From positions 6,112,001-6,176,000 of the forward strand of contig OZ244561.1 in assembly GCA_965217585.1 (NCBI GenBank): a stretch of 64,000 nt of DNA. Reading direction: 5' to 3'. Positions 53,684-64,000 of the stretch are shown one piece after another. The notes under the pieces were generated by a model. That model was not told the DNA's origin. It searched no databases and saw only the letters and a list, made by a program, of their open reading frames with translations. The position numbers were made by a program, and so were the translations under genes. The stretch's first letter is position 1, and each line of letters starts with the position of its first letter. The DNA comes from Candidatus Latescibacterota bacterium. Lineage in GTDB: Bacteria; Latescibacterota; UBA2968; UBA8231.

Positions 53684-56600
53684 ATGTTGCGACACGTGAT
53701 TTTGGTCGCCGGCTTATTGTTTGGGTCGGGGATGTGCGCCCTGATCTACCAGATGGTCTGGCTGCGCGAATTCCGCTTTGTTTTTGGGGCCTCTACTCTA
53801 GCATCGGCCGCGGTGCTGTCCGTCTTTCTGGGGGGGCTTGGCGCGGGCGGGTTCTGGTTCGGGCGGCGCGTTGACCGCAACCCGCGGCCCCTAGCCCTAT
53901 ACGCCTACCTCGAACTGCTCATTGCGGCCTCGGCTGCCCTCACTCCATTGCTGGTGTGGATAGCGCGCGAGTTCTACGTCGCCTTAGGCGGAGTCCTGCT
54001 GCTGGGGCCGGTCGTGGCCACGCTGTTGCGGCTCGTGCTAACCGCGTGTGCGCTGGCCGTTCCGACCTTTCTCATGGGCGGAACGCTGCCCGCCGCGGCC
54101 AGAGCCGTCGGCGGCGATGAGGATGCTGGGAGACGCCGGGTCGCCGTGCTGTACGGAATTAATACGCTCGGCGCTGTGACCGGGGCTTTGCTGGCTACTT
54201 TCGCGCTGTTGGAACGCCTAGGGGCGGATGCGACCCTGTGGGCCGCCGCCGCGCTAAACGCCGTTGTCGGAGGCTGTGCCCTGTGGATTGCGCGCGCCTA
54301 CCCAGCCGTCTTTGACAAGCAAGTGTCTGTTGCTCAAGCGGTAGATGGAGAGGTGCAGCGCTCCGGCTACGTGCGGATGCTAATTTTTGCCACCGCCGCG
54401 GTGGCCGGGCTGGCCTTTCTGCTCATGGAACTGGTCTGGTATCGGATGCTGGCGCCACTGCTCGGGGGCACCACCTATACCTTTGGCCTCATCCTAGCCG
54501 TGGCACTACTGGGCATCGGCTTGGGGGGGACCGCCTATGCGTTGTGGGGACGCAAGCGGACCCCCGCGCTCGCTGGGCTGGCGCTGACTTGCATCCTAGA
54601 AGCACTGTGTGTAGCCATTCCCTTTGCGCTGGGCGATCAGGTAGCTGTGCTAGCAGGTGGCCTGCGCGAGTGGGGGGCTTTGGGTTTTGGTGGACTGGTG
54701 CTCTCGTGGTCTGTGGTGGTGGGCATCGTGGTGCTTCCCACGGCGGTCGTTGCGGGGTATCAGTTTCCGCTCCTCATTGCGCTGCTAGGTCCCGGGGCGC
54801 GCCAACTCGGGCTCGACGTGGGCTGGACCTATGCTTGGAACACACTAGGGGCCATTCTGGGTGCCTTGCTCGGGGGCTTTGTCTTGCTGCCGTGGCTTTC
54901 CGCCCCGGGCGCGTGGCAACTCGTGGTAGTACTACTCGCGGTTTTGGGAGGCGGTATTGCTGCGTTTTCGTGGGCGCGTGGCAGACGGGAGGTAGAAAGC
55001 GCAAAATGGGCTGGTCTGCAGTCGGGCCTCGCTGTCGCTTTGGCCGCGATCGCCGCGTCCTTATTGTTGGCGACTGGACCCACCGCTGCGTGGCGGCACA
55101 GTCCGATTGGGGCAGGGCTAAACGTGCTGTCCAATTTGAGTGCCAACGAGCTACAGGGTTGGATGCAAGGGCAGCGGCGCGCCGTGCGCTGGGAGCGGGA
55201 AGGCGTTGAAAGCTCGGTGGCCATTCGCGTGTCCGACCGGGGGCCAGTGCTCTTTTTGAACGGCAAGAGCGAAGGATCTGCCGTGGGGGACGCTTCCACC
55301 CAGATCATGAGCGGGATGATCGGAGCCATTCTGCATCCACGTCCGCGCAATGCCTTGGTCATTGGACTTGGGACCGGATCTACGGCTGGTTGGCTGGCCG
55401 CTATCGACGCATTGGAGCGCGTCGATGTGGTGGAGTTGGAGGCGGCGGTGGTCGAAGCGGCCAGCGCCTTTGGGCCGGTCAATGTGAACGCCGTCGGCCA
55501 TCCCAAGGTGCGCACTGTCGTCGGCGATGGGCGGGAGGTCGTCCTGACCACTCGGCAATCCTACGACCTCATCTTCTCCGAGCCTTCCAATCCCTACCGG
55601 GCGGGGGTCGCTAGCCTGTACACGCGAGAATTCTACGAAGGAGTTGCCCCGCTGCTGCGGGACGGCGGCCTGTTCGCGCAGTGGGTGCAAATGTACGAGG
55701 TGGACGAGCAAACTATCCGCACCATCTACGCTACCCTGAGTTCGGTTTTTGCGCACGTGGAAACTTGGCAGACCCAGCGCGGGGATTTGCTGCTGCTGTC
55801 TTCTGCCAGCCCGGTGTCGTATGATATTCCCAGACTGCGCGCCCGAGTCGCCGAGGAACCCTACCGCAGTGCGCTGGCCGCTGTCTGGCGCACCGCGGAT
55901 CTCGAAGGCTTCCTCGCCCACTACGTAGCCGGTCCTACGGTGGCGCGCGATTTGGCGCGCGAGCAGGCGTTGAATACGGATGATCGCACCTTGGTGGAGT
56001 ACGCCTTTGCCCGCCATCTGGGGCTCGGGAGGCATTTCAATATCGAGACGGTGGAACAATTGGCGCGGGCCCAGGGAGAAGATCGGCCCCGCGTGACGGG
56101 TGGGGCCGTGGACTGGGAATGGGTCACAGACCAGCGCCTCGCCTTTCTGATTGGCCAAGGGGAACAAATTCGCCCGGCCCGGTACCCGGATTCGACGCCG
56201 CACCAGCGATATCGCCTGAGAGCCTTATCGGCTTGGTGGGACTCGCGGTCGCGCAATGGGCTGGCGTGGTGGCAAAGTCAGCCGCGCCAGCCGCGAGGGC
56301 TGCACGAAGTGTCGGCGGTGGCTTACATGATGACGGTCAATCAGCGCGAGGAGGCCGCCCAGTACATCGAGCAGTTGCGCGACCTCCAGCCCGTTGAAGC
56401 GGATGTGATCTTGGCCATTTTGCGCACGCGCCAGGGGCGGATAGCGGAAGCAGTCGCCGCACTGGAGGCCGCTTTCGGGGGGTACGGCCGCGATCCTTGG
56501 GCCTGGCCGGCACTCATGCAGCGCGGCTTGGCTTTGGCGCTGGACCTCGGCGGCCGGGATGCGGCTCATGCCGAGCGGTTGTACGCGGCGCTGCGTTCTC

Positions 56601-56833
56601 CGTTTGTCATGGATTACGCGCGGGAGACGCGGCTGAACGCATTGCTGAATCTGGGCTATGAGCTCAATTTTCCGCAGAACTGCATAGAGGTGCTCAACGA
56701 GCTGGAACCGCACGTGCCTTGGAAGCGCGATTTGCTCGAAGCGCGCGTCAAATGCTACCAAGCCGCAGACCATCCCTATCTCGAAAGGGCGCGACGCGAT
56801 CTCGACAAGTATCTCGCCTTAGAGGAAAAGTGA
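53684..56833 (+). CDS. Fused MFS-like / spermidine-synthase-like protein with C-terminal helical extension
   Basis: SGMCALIYQMVWLR, PTFLMGGTLP, LYGINTLGA; ALVIGLGTGST, DVVELE, GDGRE, YDLIFSEPSNPYRAG..LYTREFY. Confidence 0.85.
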   Translation: MLRHVILVAGLLFGSGMCALIYQMVWLREFRFVFGASTLASAAVLSVFLGGLGAGGFWFGRRVDRNPRPLALYAYLELLIAASAALTPLLVWIAREFYVALGGVLLLGPVVATLLRLVLTACALAVPTFLMGGTLPAAARAVGGDEDAGRRRVAVLYGINTLGAVTGALLATFALLERLGADATLWAAAALNAVVGGCALWIARAYPAVFDKQVSVAQAVDGEVQRSGYVRMLIFATAAVAGLAFLLMELVWYRMLAPLLGGTTYTFGLILAVALLGIGLGGTAYALWGRKRTPALAGLALTCILEALCVAIPFALGDQVAVLAGGLREWGALGFGGLVLSWSVVVGIVVLPTAVVAGYQFPLLIALLGPGARQLGLDVGWTYAWNTLGAILGALLGGFVLLPWLSAPGAWQLVVVLLAVLGGGIAAFSWARGRREVESAKWAGLQSGLAVALAAIAASLLLATGPTAAWRHSPIGAGLNVLSNLSANELQGWMQGQRRAVRWEREGVESSVAIRVSDRGPVLFLNGKSEGSAVGDASTQIMSGMIGAILHPRPRNALVIGLGTGSTAGWLAAIDALERVDVVELEAAVVEAASAFGPVNVNAVGHPKVRTVVGDGREVVLTTRQSYDLIFSEPSNPYRAGVASLYTREFYEGVAPLLRDGGLFAQWVQMYEVDEQTIRTIYATLSSVFAHVETWQTQRGDLLLLSSASPVSYDIPRLRARVAEEPYRSALAAVWRTADLEGFLAHYVAGPTVARDLAREQALNTDDRTLVEYAFARHLGLGRHFNIETVEQLARAQGEDRPRVTGGAVDWEWVTDQRLAFLIGQGEQIRPARYPDSTPHQRYRLRALSAWWDSRSRNGLAWWQSQPRQPRGLHEVSAVAYMMTVNQREEAAQYIEQLRDLQPVEADVILAILRTRQGRIAEAVAALEAAFGGYGRDPWAWPALMQRGLALALDLGGRDAAHAERLYAALRSPFVMDYARETRLNALLNLGYELNFPQNCIEVLNELEPHVPWKRDLLEARVKCYQAADHPYLERARRDLDKYLALEEK

Positions 56834-56873
56834 CGGACCGGATCAATTAGACCACGACAAAGGAGGATAGCTC

Positions 56874-58130
56874 ATGCAACCTGTGATGTTCATGGGACAG
56901 ATTCAGGCATTTGAAAACGACGGCGCGGACTATATTATCGAGCGCCTGTGGGACGGGGGTATCAGGGAATTGGTGTTGGGCGATCTGATTTTGCGGCAAG
57001 GCGAGACTCAGGGCCCTTCCTTTGCCCCCAATGTGGATTTTTACCACGACTGTGCAAAACAGCCGCCCCAACTGCCCGCGGCCCTAGCGGCGTCGAGCCG
57101 CATTTTCGGCGATGCGGTAAAAGCCGCGGCCGACAAGGGGTTTGCCATCTATTTCCACGATTGGGGACAGTTCGGCTGGTTCGAATCGGGCTCGTGCCTG
57201 AACAATCCCGAGCAGGTGCGCTACGGCTTGGCGCGCACCCGGGACACCTTTGCCCAATATCCCGACACCGGCGGTTTTGTGCTCGACGGCCCCGAATACG
57301 GCTACGAAATTGAGCCGGGACACCGCAGTGACGTATTCACGTGTTTCTGTCGCCACTGCGAGAACAAGGCGCGGGAATTGGGCTGCGATTTCGCCGCTAT
57401 GCAGGAAGCGGCCGAGCGCCTGCGGGCCCGCCTGAGCGCATTGAGTCCAGCCGTGATGCGCGGTTTTATCGAGGCGCAGACCGGGCCTTTTGACGCGGTG
57501 GATTTGCTCTTGCAGGAGCCCGCGCTCTTCGACTGGATTCGCTTCAAGACCATGTGTATCGAGCACTACGTGGGTGAATTTTACCGCGGCGTCAAAGAGA
57601 TTGACCCGAAATTAAAGCTGGCCTGTGGACCCCGCATCTCGGCCTTTGCGCCGCTGACCGGATACAATTATCGGCGCTTGGGTGAAGTGACCGATTTTAT
57701 TGCCCCCAAGCTCTACTTCTGGCAGCACGGTATCGACGGGTTGAAGGGGACGGTGTACCGCTACGCCCAAACGCTGGTGGAACTGAACGAGGGCGTGGAC
57801 GAGGGGTTGGCGCTGGATTTTGTCTTTAAACTTTTCGGCTTCACTATGCCCGGCGTGCGCACCCTAGACGAATTGTCGGCACCGCTCAACGAAGCCTTTT
57901 TCCGCGAGACCGTACCCGGGGAAATCGCCAAGATGATCTTCCGCACCGGTCCGGTGGAGCGCCTCAAACCCTGGGTCGGCCTGCACCACGGTGGGGTGCG
58001 GATCTCGTCCAACGAACTCGAATTGCTCTTGCAGGCCATTGTCGCCAGCGGCCTGCAGAGCCTCATCTACTGGCACTACTCGGACATGAGCGAAGAGGAG
58101 TGGCAGGTACTGCAAGGATTTATTCGCTGA
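56874..58130 (+). CDS. Uncharacterised glycoside-hydrolase-like TIM-barrel protein with CFCxxC motif
   Basis: AAGGAGG RBS; GFVLDGPEY, TCFCRHC, DWIRFK, DFIAPKLY; no signal peptide. Confidence 0.5.
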   Translation: MQPVMFMGQIQAFENDGADYIIERLWDGGIRELVLGDLILRQGETQGPSFAPNVDFYHDCAKQPPQLPAALAASSRIFGDAVKAAADKGFAIYFHDWGQFGWFESGSCLNNPEQVRYGLARTRDTFAQYPDTGGFVLDGPEYGYEIEPGHRSDVFTCFCRHCENKARELGCDFAAMQEAAERLRARLSALSPAVMRGFIEAQTGPFDAVDLLLQEPALFDWIRFKTMCIEHYVGEFYRGVKEIDPKLKLACGPRISAFAPLTGYNYRRLGEVTDFIAPKLYFWQHGIDGLKGTVYRYAQTLVELNEGVDEGLALDFVFKLFGFTMPGVRTLDELSAPLNEAFFRETVPGEIAKMIFRTGPVERLKPWVGLHHGGVRISSNELELLLQAIVASGLQSLIYWHYSDMSEEEWQVLQGFIR

Positions 58131-58131
58131 C

Positions 58132-61100
58132 ATGACAGAATTCTCCTTTGCGCGCTCGCGACACTTTCCCCGCACCGACCTCGCCGCAGATACGGTCTTG
58201 GTGGTGCCGGATGGCCTCCAAGCAACTCCGCCCGTTGTGCAACTACAGGGCGCTATCACCGCTGTGGCGGGGCGGGCACCCGACATTGTGCCGCAGCAGG
58301 ATTTCACCGAGACGCTCTTTGGCAGTGCCCAGGTGATTGCCTGCGGCAATATGACGAACAACGCCGCTCTGCGTCGGCTCTACGCGGCCCGTTGCTGTTT
58401 TGTCGATACCTTTTTTCCCGGCGGGGACGGCTATTTTGTCAAGTCAATTTCAGATCCCTTCGGCTATGGCAAAAACTGTATCGTCCTCGGGGCCAGCAGC
58501 CGGGAAGGGTTGCTGGCGGCCTTGGCAGTGTTCGAGGACTTGGTCCGCACCAGTGCCGGAGAGCTGCACAGGGTGCATGCCGCTCAGTTCCAGCATCCTC
58601 TGCCCCCGTTTCCTACTGAAGAACAATTGGAGAAGATGGTGCAGGACGATCTCAAGACTTGGGAAGGCGCTTGGGTCTCCACGCCTTTTCGGGGCGGTCA
58701 GGTGGAGAACTACGCCTGGTATTATTATCTGACCGACCACCCAGTGTGGGGCCGTGCCGTGCCGGACATCTTCGCCGGTTCCTTGGAACCCTGGCTGGCT
58801 CAGCGGCGCGACTACCCGGAGACCTACCACTGCTTTTTTCACTTCCACAGCCTCATCCACCTCTGGGAGCTGATCGAGGATAGTCCGCTCTATACCGAGG
58901 CCGACCGCCGCGGGGTGGTGACCATGATAGGCGAGATGCTGCGTCACTTGGCTGGCCTGTTCTATATGGAGGAAAGAGTCAACCCCCCAGACCTGATTCG
59001 CCAGAACCACACCACCTATATCGCCATGGACTTGGCTGCAGGCCACAACTACCTGAGCAAGCGCTACGGCATTGGCGAATTCGCGCCCACCGAGGAAGTG
59101 GTAGAGCGGATTTTTGCCGGCCAGAACGATTGCTACAAAGCCAACGACGACGGTGGAGTGGGGTACGCTTGGCTCGTGCCCCAGGAGACGTTCTCGTACG
59201 CGTTGTTTAAAAAGAACGACTACGGGTACATCGAGAACGGCCACATTGCCGATCTATGCAAGCTCGCGGTGGTGACTACGGACAATATGCGCAGCGAGAG
59301 CAACCACGGGGATACTTCGGGGTACGCCCCTTTTTCTCCGTCCGAGGGGTGGGAGGGCCGCTTGTGGGCACCGATGATCTCCACTTGGTATGCGCGCAAC
59401 CCCGAGCATCTGTGGATTCTCAACTGGCTGGGTGCGCGCAAGAAGCCGACGCTGATGCACGTGTTGCGGGGGCTTTATGCCGGCGTCGAATGGGGCGAAA
59501 ATGGATTGGCGCTCGCCGACTGCGTCCCCGAGGAACCAGTGGGTCTGCTCGGTATATACGCGATGAAATTGCCGGCCCAAGCGCTGGGGTGGGTGCGCGC
59601 GTACGCCCCGGCTGATAACCAGCCCGATCCGCAAAAAGACTACTTCGACAAGCTCTCTCTGCGGCGCGACTTCGACCCGATGAGTGAGTACCTGCTGCTC
59701 GAAGGGAGCGGCACGTTCTGTCACGGGCACGAAGACAGCAATACCATTGTCCGGCTGACTTGGAACGACCGAGCTTGGTTGGGGGACGGCGACTATATCC
59801 GGGCGGCACCCAAATTCCACAATTCAATCGCCGTCATCCGCGACGGCGTGGGTGTATTAAAGCCGCCGGGAGATGGCTTGCTGATGCCGCTGCTGGCCTC
59901 GCTGAACTACCGCAGCGAAAGTGCTGCTTTTGGCTTGGTGCAGACCGAGGCTGCCGGGTACAACGGAGTTGACTGGCGGCGCAATATCTTTTGGGGGAAG
60001 GGGCGCTATTTCGCGGTGATTGACCAATTGCAATGCACCGAGGCCGGGGACTACCGCTGCTACTGCTTGTGGCGTCTGGTGGGGGAGGCCGAACTCAAAG
60101 GGTCCAGGGTGTGTCTGCACCAAGAGGGCGAACACTTCTACATCGACAATGCCGATGGATCGGCCCAGGAAATCGTCGCCGACTTGCACGAGAAAAGCCG
60201 CTGGCGCAATTATCCACACGCCGGGGACATACTCCATGTCCTGCACCAGCAAGCCGCCCGCACCATGCAGCCAGGGGAGAATCTCGTCTATATCAATCTG
60301 CTGACGCCGCATCCCGACATCCGCCTAGCGCGCCTGAATGAAAGTACCGTCGAGATCCGCGATGGGGAAGAGACGACCATTTTGGGCGTCGGCCATACCC
60401 GTCTGGGAGCGCTGGCAATTGAGGCTGAAATGTTCGGAATCTCTCTAAAGGGGGATAGCCTGACCTTGCAGGGCATTGAACGCCTAGGCTTCGCCGAGGG
60501 CGCGCATTGGACCTGGCAGGTGTTTGACGGGTCGCCTGCGACGCTCAAAGTAGGACAGAGCGAAACGGCTCAACGCATCTGCGACGCTATGAATGCCGTC
60601 GCACCAGAATCGCCCCCCGCTGCGCCGGAACCTCCCTCGCTCCGGCCGCAGAACGGCTGGACCGCCGCGTGGAGCCGGGATCTGGGATCGACCGAGATCA
60701 GCGCTGTAGCTGTTGACAGTGAATTGCTGCTCGTCGGCACGGAGGAAGGGGATGTCGTCCAACTAGGGCTCGGGGACGGTGCGGCGATGTGGTCGCACCA
60801 ACTGGGCCCGGACCGGGCGGCTAGTGCCCTGCTTCTGGCCGATATCGACGCGGATGGGGTAGTGGAAGCGCTGGTGGGCACGGACGATGGGCAATTGGCC
60901 GTACTCGAAGGCCACAGCGGCGAGCAGCGCTGGGGCAGGACCTTGAAAAACTCGGGGTGGGGTGCAAAAGTCTCCGGCCTAGCTGTGGCTGATCTGGAGG
61001 GCCGGGGCCGCACGAGTGTCATAGCGTCGACCGTGGGCTGGTACATAAATGCCTTTGATGCGGATAGCACGCTCGAATGGGCGGAGTGGGTGCGCTACCA

Positions 61101-61725
61101 TGCGATCACGGCGCTCGCTGCAGCGGATGTGGACGGCGATGGCCAAGCCGAGGTGATTGCGGGGACCGAATACTCTACCCCGCTCAATGTGCACAATAGC
61201 GATGGGTCCTTCCGCTGGACTACCTTTGAAGAGGTGGGGTCCGAGGGCAATGCCACCACGCCACGCCGCGGCATCGGCCTCACCCATCTGCAACTGGTCG
61301 ATGTCGATGGAGACGGCGTGCGCGAAATTGTTTATGGCACGCAGGACGGCTGGATTTACGCGGTCAAACCGCAGGATGGGGCCGAGGTCTGGCACGTCAA
61401 TATAGTCGGCGAGGTTGTGGGGCTCATCGCCTTTCCCTTTGGCCTGGTCGCGGCCAGCGAATTCGGCGAACTCTACGCCTTCAGCCGCCGAGGGGAATTG
61501 CGCTGGCACGTCCAGATCGGCGAGTGGATTCGGGCTATCGCTCCGGTGGGGGAGTACATTGTCGCAGCCGTGGAAAAGGGCGCGCTGCTAGCCTGTGATG
61601 CAGAGGGCAGGTGTGTGGGCTCTATGGCGCTGGAAGCGGAAATTCGCGGTTTGTGGCCGTGCCGCGGCGGCGTGGTGTGTAGTCTGGCGGGGGGGCGGCT
61701 TAGTTGCGTGGGACTTGGCGTTTAA
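58132..61725 (+). CDS. Heparinase II/III / polysaccharide-lyase-like protein with C-terminal FG-GAP/PQQ-like beta-propeller
   Basis: QNHTT, HGHEDSN, HNSI, WRRNIFW..YFAVID motifs; C-terminal ADIDADG, ADVDGDG, VDVDGDG repeats. Confidence 0.6.
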   Translation: MTEFSFARSRHFPRTDLAADTVLVVPDGLQATPPVVQLQGAITAVAGRAPDIVPQQDFTETLFGSAQVIACGNMTNNAALRRLYAARCCFVDTFFPGGDGYFVKSISDPFGYGKNCIVLGASSREGLLAALAVFEDLVRTSAGELHRVHAAQFQHPLPPFPTEEQLEKMVQDDLKTWEGAWVSTPFRGGQVENYAWYYYLTDHPVWGRAVPDIFAGSLEPWLAQRRDYPETYHCFFHFHSLIHLWELIEDSPLYTEADRRGVVTMIGEMLRHLAGLFYMEERVNPPDLIRQNHTTYIAMDLAAGHNYLSKRYGIGEFAPTEEVVERIFAGQNDCYKANDDGGVGYAWLVPQETFSYALFKKNDYGYIENGHIADLCKLAVVTTDNMRSESNHGDTSGYAPFSPSEGWEGRLWAPMISTWYARNPEHLWILNWLGARKKPTLMHVLRGLYAGVEWGENGLALADCVPEEPVGLLGIYAMKLPAQALGWVRAYAPADNQPDPQKDYFDKLSLRRDFDPMSEYLLLEGSGTFCHGHEDSNTIVRLTWNDRAWLGDGDYIRAAPKFHNSIAVIRDGVGVLKPPGDGLLMPLLASLNYRSESAAFGLVQTEAAGYNGVDWRRNIFWGKGRYFAVIDQLQCTEAGDYRCYCLWRLVGEAELKGSRVCLHQEGEHFYIDNADGSAQEIVADLHEKSRWRNYPHAGDILHVLHQQAARTMQPGENLVYINLLTPHPDIRLARLNESTVEIRDGEETTILGVGHTRLGALAIEAEMFGISLKGDSLTLQGIERLGFAEGAHWTWQVFDGSPATLKVGQSETAQRICDAMNAVAPESPPAAPEPPSLRPQNGWTAAWSRDLGSTEISAVAVDSELLLVGTEEGDVVQLGLGDGAAMWSHQLGPDRAASALLLADIDADGVVEALVGTDDGQLAVLEGHSGEQRWGRTLKNSGWGAKVSGLAVADLEGRGRTSVIASTVGWYINAFDADSTLEWAEWVRYHAITALAAADVDGDGQAEVIAGTEYSTPLNVHNSDGSFRWTTFEEVGSEGNATTPRRGIGLTHLQLVDVDGDGVREIVYGTQDGWIYAVKPQDGAEVWHVNIVGEVVGLIAFPFGLVAASEFGELYAFSRRGELRWHVQIGEWIRAIAPVGEYIVAAVEKGALLACDAEGRCVGSMALEAEIRGLWPCRGGVVCSLAGGRLSCVGLGV

Positions 61726-63179
61726 GAAGCATAGAGAGCAAATAGTTTAGCGCGGTCCAGGTACACTTTGACCTTGAGCCCCCCGCGCATCTGCGAGACC
61801 ATCTTCTGTTCGAGACCGCCCGCTTTGCTTCCGTCTGCGTCTTGCCGATCGCCTTTCCATTGTACCCGGTATTCTGTTTCATCGGCCGAGAAGGGTATGC
61901 AGTCGTCGCGGCCAAAACCCGGCACGACCCGGTCAAACGGATCGACTAGCTCCACTCGCAGCGAGCCGCCACTGGCGTCGGCGTTGATCCACAATGCATG
62001 GGGATCAATGTTCAGGGGAACCGTGGTCACAACTCCCTGAGTGTCCGTCTTCAGACAGACTAGGCGATCCTTTTCGATCTTCGCCAGATTGATTCCCCGC
62101 TGGAGTTCCTCGCCGCGGCGCGGGGGCTCGCCGTGCAGATCGTTCGAGCCGCCGTGATAGACCCATATCTCCTCGTCCATGACAAAGGGGGCATGCGGGG
62201 GATAGACACTTCCACAATCATAGCTGCCTCGGGGACCGCAGAGCAGAATTGGTTCGCGGTTGCCCGCCCGATGCCAAGTCCGGCCGTCCTGCGAATAGGT
62301 CAACTGAACGTCCATCTGGTTCATCCATGCGGGCATCCAGTCTTCGATCTGGTTCTGGGCGATCCATCCCTCGTGGAGCGTGTGAAACACGGACAGGAAG
62401 CCGATGCGCAAGCCGCGATACGCCAGCGAACTCATGCCGTAAAACTCGTGGTCCTGAGGGGGATCGAGTTCATCGGGTGCGACGATGATCTGGCGCGGGG
62501 TCCAGTTTTCAAAATCATTGCTCTCGGCCATGCAAATGATGCGCACGTTGGGCCGGCCCCGCAGATAGACGACGTAGCGGTGGATTTTTGCATCCCAATA
62601 AGCGACCAGATGGGTATCCGAGCCCTGTGGAATGACCGGGTTGAGCCAGTGTCGGGGCACGTCCCAATGGATCCCGTCGGCAGAATACGCCACGCAGACC
62701 GGCTGGACAATGCCGGCGAATATCATGTCGCCGCTCTGGAACATAAAGAGCATCTTGTAGCGCTTGGCCGGATCTGTTTCAATGGGATCTTTCATGACTC
62801 CGGTCCCAGCCCCCCACCTAAAAAATGGAAAGACTAGGTTATTCTCTTTGCTGCCGCCGTCCTCGAAGAGGTTGAGGACGGGTTTTTCCCAGTGGATCCC
62901 GTCTTGGGAGACGGCGTAGGCCAGTCCGTCTGCTTGGTCGCCGCGCGCTTCGCTCAGTTTTCGGCCCACGCCGTACCACATCTTGAAGATGTTTTCGTCG
63001 TCGTCGTACGTTACATTGATGTAGCTGCCGATCAGCCACTCATCTTCCCAGGCTCGATCCTTCTCGATCAGCGGTTGTGGCGAAACCTTCTTTGCGGGAA
63101 CGACCCCTTGCACGACGCGGTCGAGACTTTCGATACACGCATCGTCAATGAACAAAAAGGCCGATTTATCGTCCGTCAT
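61722..63179 (-). CDS. Five-bladed beta-propeller glycoside hydrolase-like protein (GH32/43/130-like)
   Basis: LFIDD, FKMWY, Asp-boxes SQDGIHW, SADGIHW, SNDFENW, SQDGRTW; RBS before ATG 63179. Confidence 0.68.
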   Translation of the reverse strand: MTDDKSAFLFIDDACIESLDRVVQGVVPAKKVSPQPLIEKDRAWEDEWLIGSYINVTYDDDENIFKMWYGVGRKLSEARGDQADGLAYAVSQDGIHWEKPVLNLFEDGGSKENNLVFPFFRWGAGTGVMKDPIETDPAKRYKMLFMFQSGDMIFAGIVQPVCVAYSADGIHWDVPRHWLNPVIPQGSDTHLVAYWDAKIHRYVVYLRGRPNVRIICMAESNDFENWTPRQIIVAPDELDPPQDHEFYGMSSLAYRGLRIGFLSVFHTLHEGWIAQNQIEDWMPAWMNQMDVQLTYSQDGRTWHRAGNREPILLCGPRGSYDCGSVYPPHAPFVMDEEIWVYHGGSNDLHGEPPRRGEELQRGINLAKIEKDRLVCLKTDTQGVVTTVPLNIDPHALWINADASGGSLRVELVDPFDRVVPGFGRDDCIPFSADETEYRVQWKGDRQDADGSKAGGLEQKMVSQMRGGLKVKVYLDRAKLFALYAS

Positions 63180-63190
63180 GTTATTTCTCC

Positions 63191-64000
63191 TCATGAAGTG
63201 TCTGCAACATTTCCAGTAGTCCAGGTCACGGGGGGTGGATTGACGCCGTACTGTTCGGCCCAGTCGATCAATGCCTGGGGTATTTCGTCAACATTGCGAT
63301 AGCCGCCCAAGAGTTGCCAGTCGATGGCGTTGGTCGTTCGCTGCAATACTCGTTGGTCTGGTGGATCGAGATATTGATCCGTCTTCATCCAGCGGTAGGC
63401 GTAGCCGTAGATTATCACCTTTGAGGTGCGCTGGCTCAAATTGGGTGCCGCCGTGTGGAAAGTACGGTTTTCAAAGAGGATGGCGTCGCCGGCGCACAAT
63501 AGCGGATCGACCACCGTCGGCGGATCGACCGCGCCCGCGGGAATGGCTAGGGGCATCTCATTGCGATGCGTACCGCGGGCCATCATGGTCATGCCGGAGT
63601 TGGGTGCGGCAAAGTCGGTCAGGCAGTAGCACACCTTTACGCCGAGGCGTGGCAAGCCGGCTTGTCCCAGATCTTCGGCAATGCCAATATCGCGATGCCA
63701 GCCGCGCCTCGGAGCGGTGGTATGTGGATCTTGGGGCTTTTTGTAAATCAGTGAAGCCGAGTGGAGCTGGATATTGGGCGAGAGCAACTGCACAACTAGG
63801 GGAACGGTTGCCGAGTTGGAGACGAGCTGGTCAAACGCTTCCTCCTCGACGACGCCCTGGCGCAATTGCATCTGGATCTCTGCTGGATCGTCGAGGAACG
63901 ATTGCAGCAAGCGATCGCCTGCTCTGGTCAGGCAAGCCACGGTTGCAGCATCGATGGCTTGCGGGACCATGAGAAAGCCGTCGGCCTCAAAAGCGCGGCG
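63191..64000 (-). CDS. Phytanoyl-CoA dioxygenase (PhyH) family protein, 5' truncated by window edge
   Basis: FEADGFLMV, WHRD (HxD), AGDAILF..RTFHTAAPN..R motifs. Confidence 0.85.
   Translation of the reverse strand, partial: RRAFEADGFLMVPQAIDAATVACLTRAGDRLLQSFLDDPAEIQMQLRQGVVEEEAFDQLVSNSATVPLVVQLLSPNIQLHSASLIYKKPQDPHTTAPRRGWHRDIGIAEDLGQAGLPRLGVKVCYCLTDFAAPNSGMTMMARGTHRNEMPLAIPAGAVDPPTVVDPLLCAGDAILFENRTFHTAAPNLSQRTSKVIIYGYAYRWMKTDQYLDPPDQRVLQRTTNAIDWQLLGGYRNVDEIPQALIDWAEQYGVNPPPVTWTTGNVADTS

Overview
GC-rich bacterial window. The gene families suggest a Ca. Latescibacterota-like, possibly host- or sponge-associated lineage, but this is inference only. Left end: a MalK-type ABC ATPase pair is separated by a lower-GC lipoprotein gene (FN3 + internalin-like LRR + leishmanolysin-like Zn protease). 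That gene is itself split by an intact IS630 element (521-1676, TA duplication). The core (~4.9-45.8 kb) is a multi-paralogue envelope locus built from a fixed parts list that appears twice plus once partially. It has 8 secreted discoidin-like/WSxWS/FlgD-Ig proteins in three subtypes, all ending in Tyr (family A), and 3 large Asp/Asn-rich putative outer-membrane proteins (family B). It also has 2 CBM9/DOMON-like proteins with a TAVExxxWGxIK tail (family C), 2 DUF6785-like polytopic membrane proteins, 2 PpiC/SurA-type chaperones and a fused MFS/spermidine-synthase-like gene. I recognise no named system matching it. The right part (46-64 kb) holds a TPR lipoprotein, a Tat sulfite-oxidase-family enzyme, a second MFS/spermidine-synthase fusion, several carbohydrate-active-enzyme-like genes and PhyH-type dioxygenases (one a 44-codon remnant). 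No rRNA, tRNA or CRISPR array was seen. All domain calls are by eye, without database searches.
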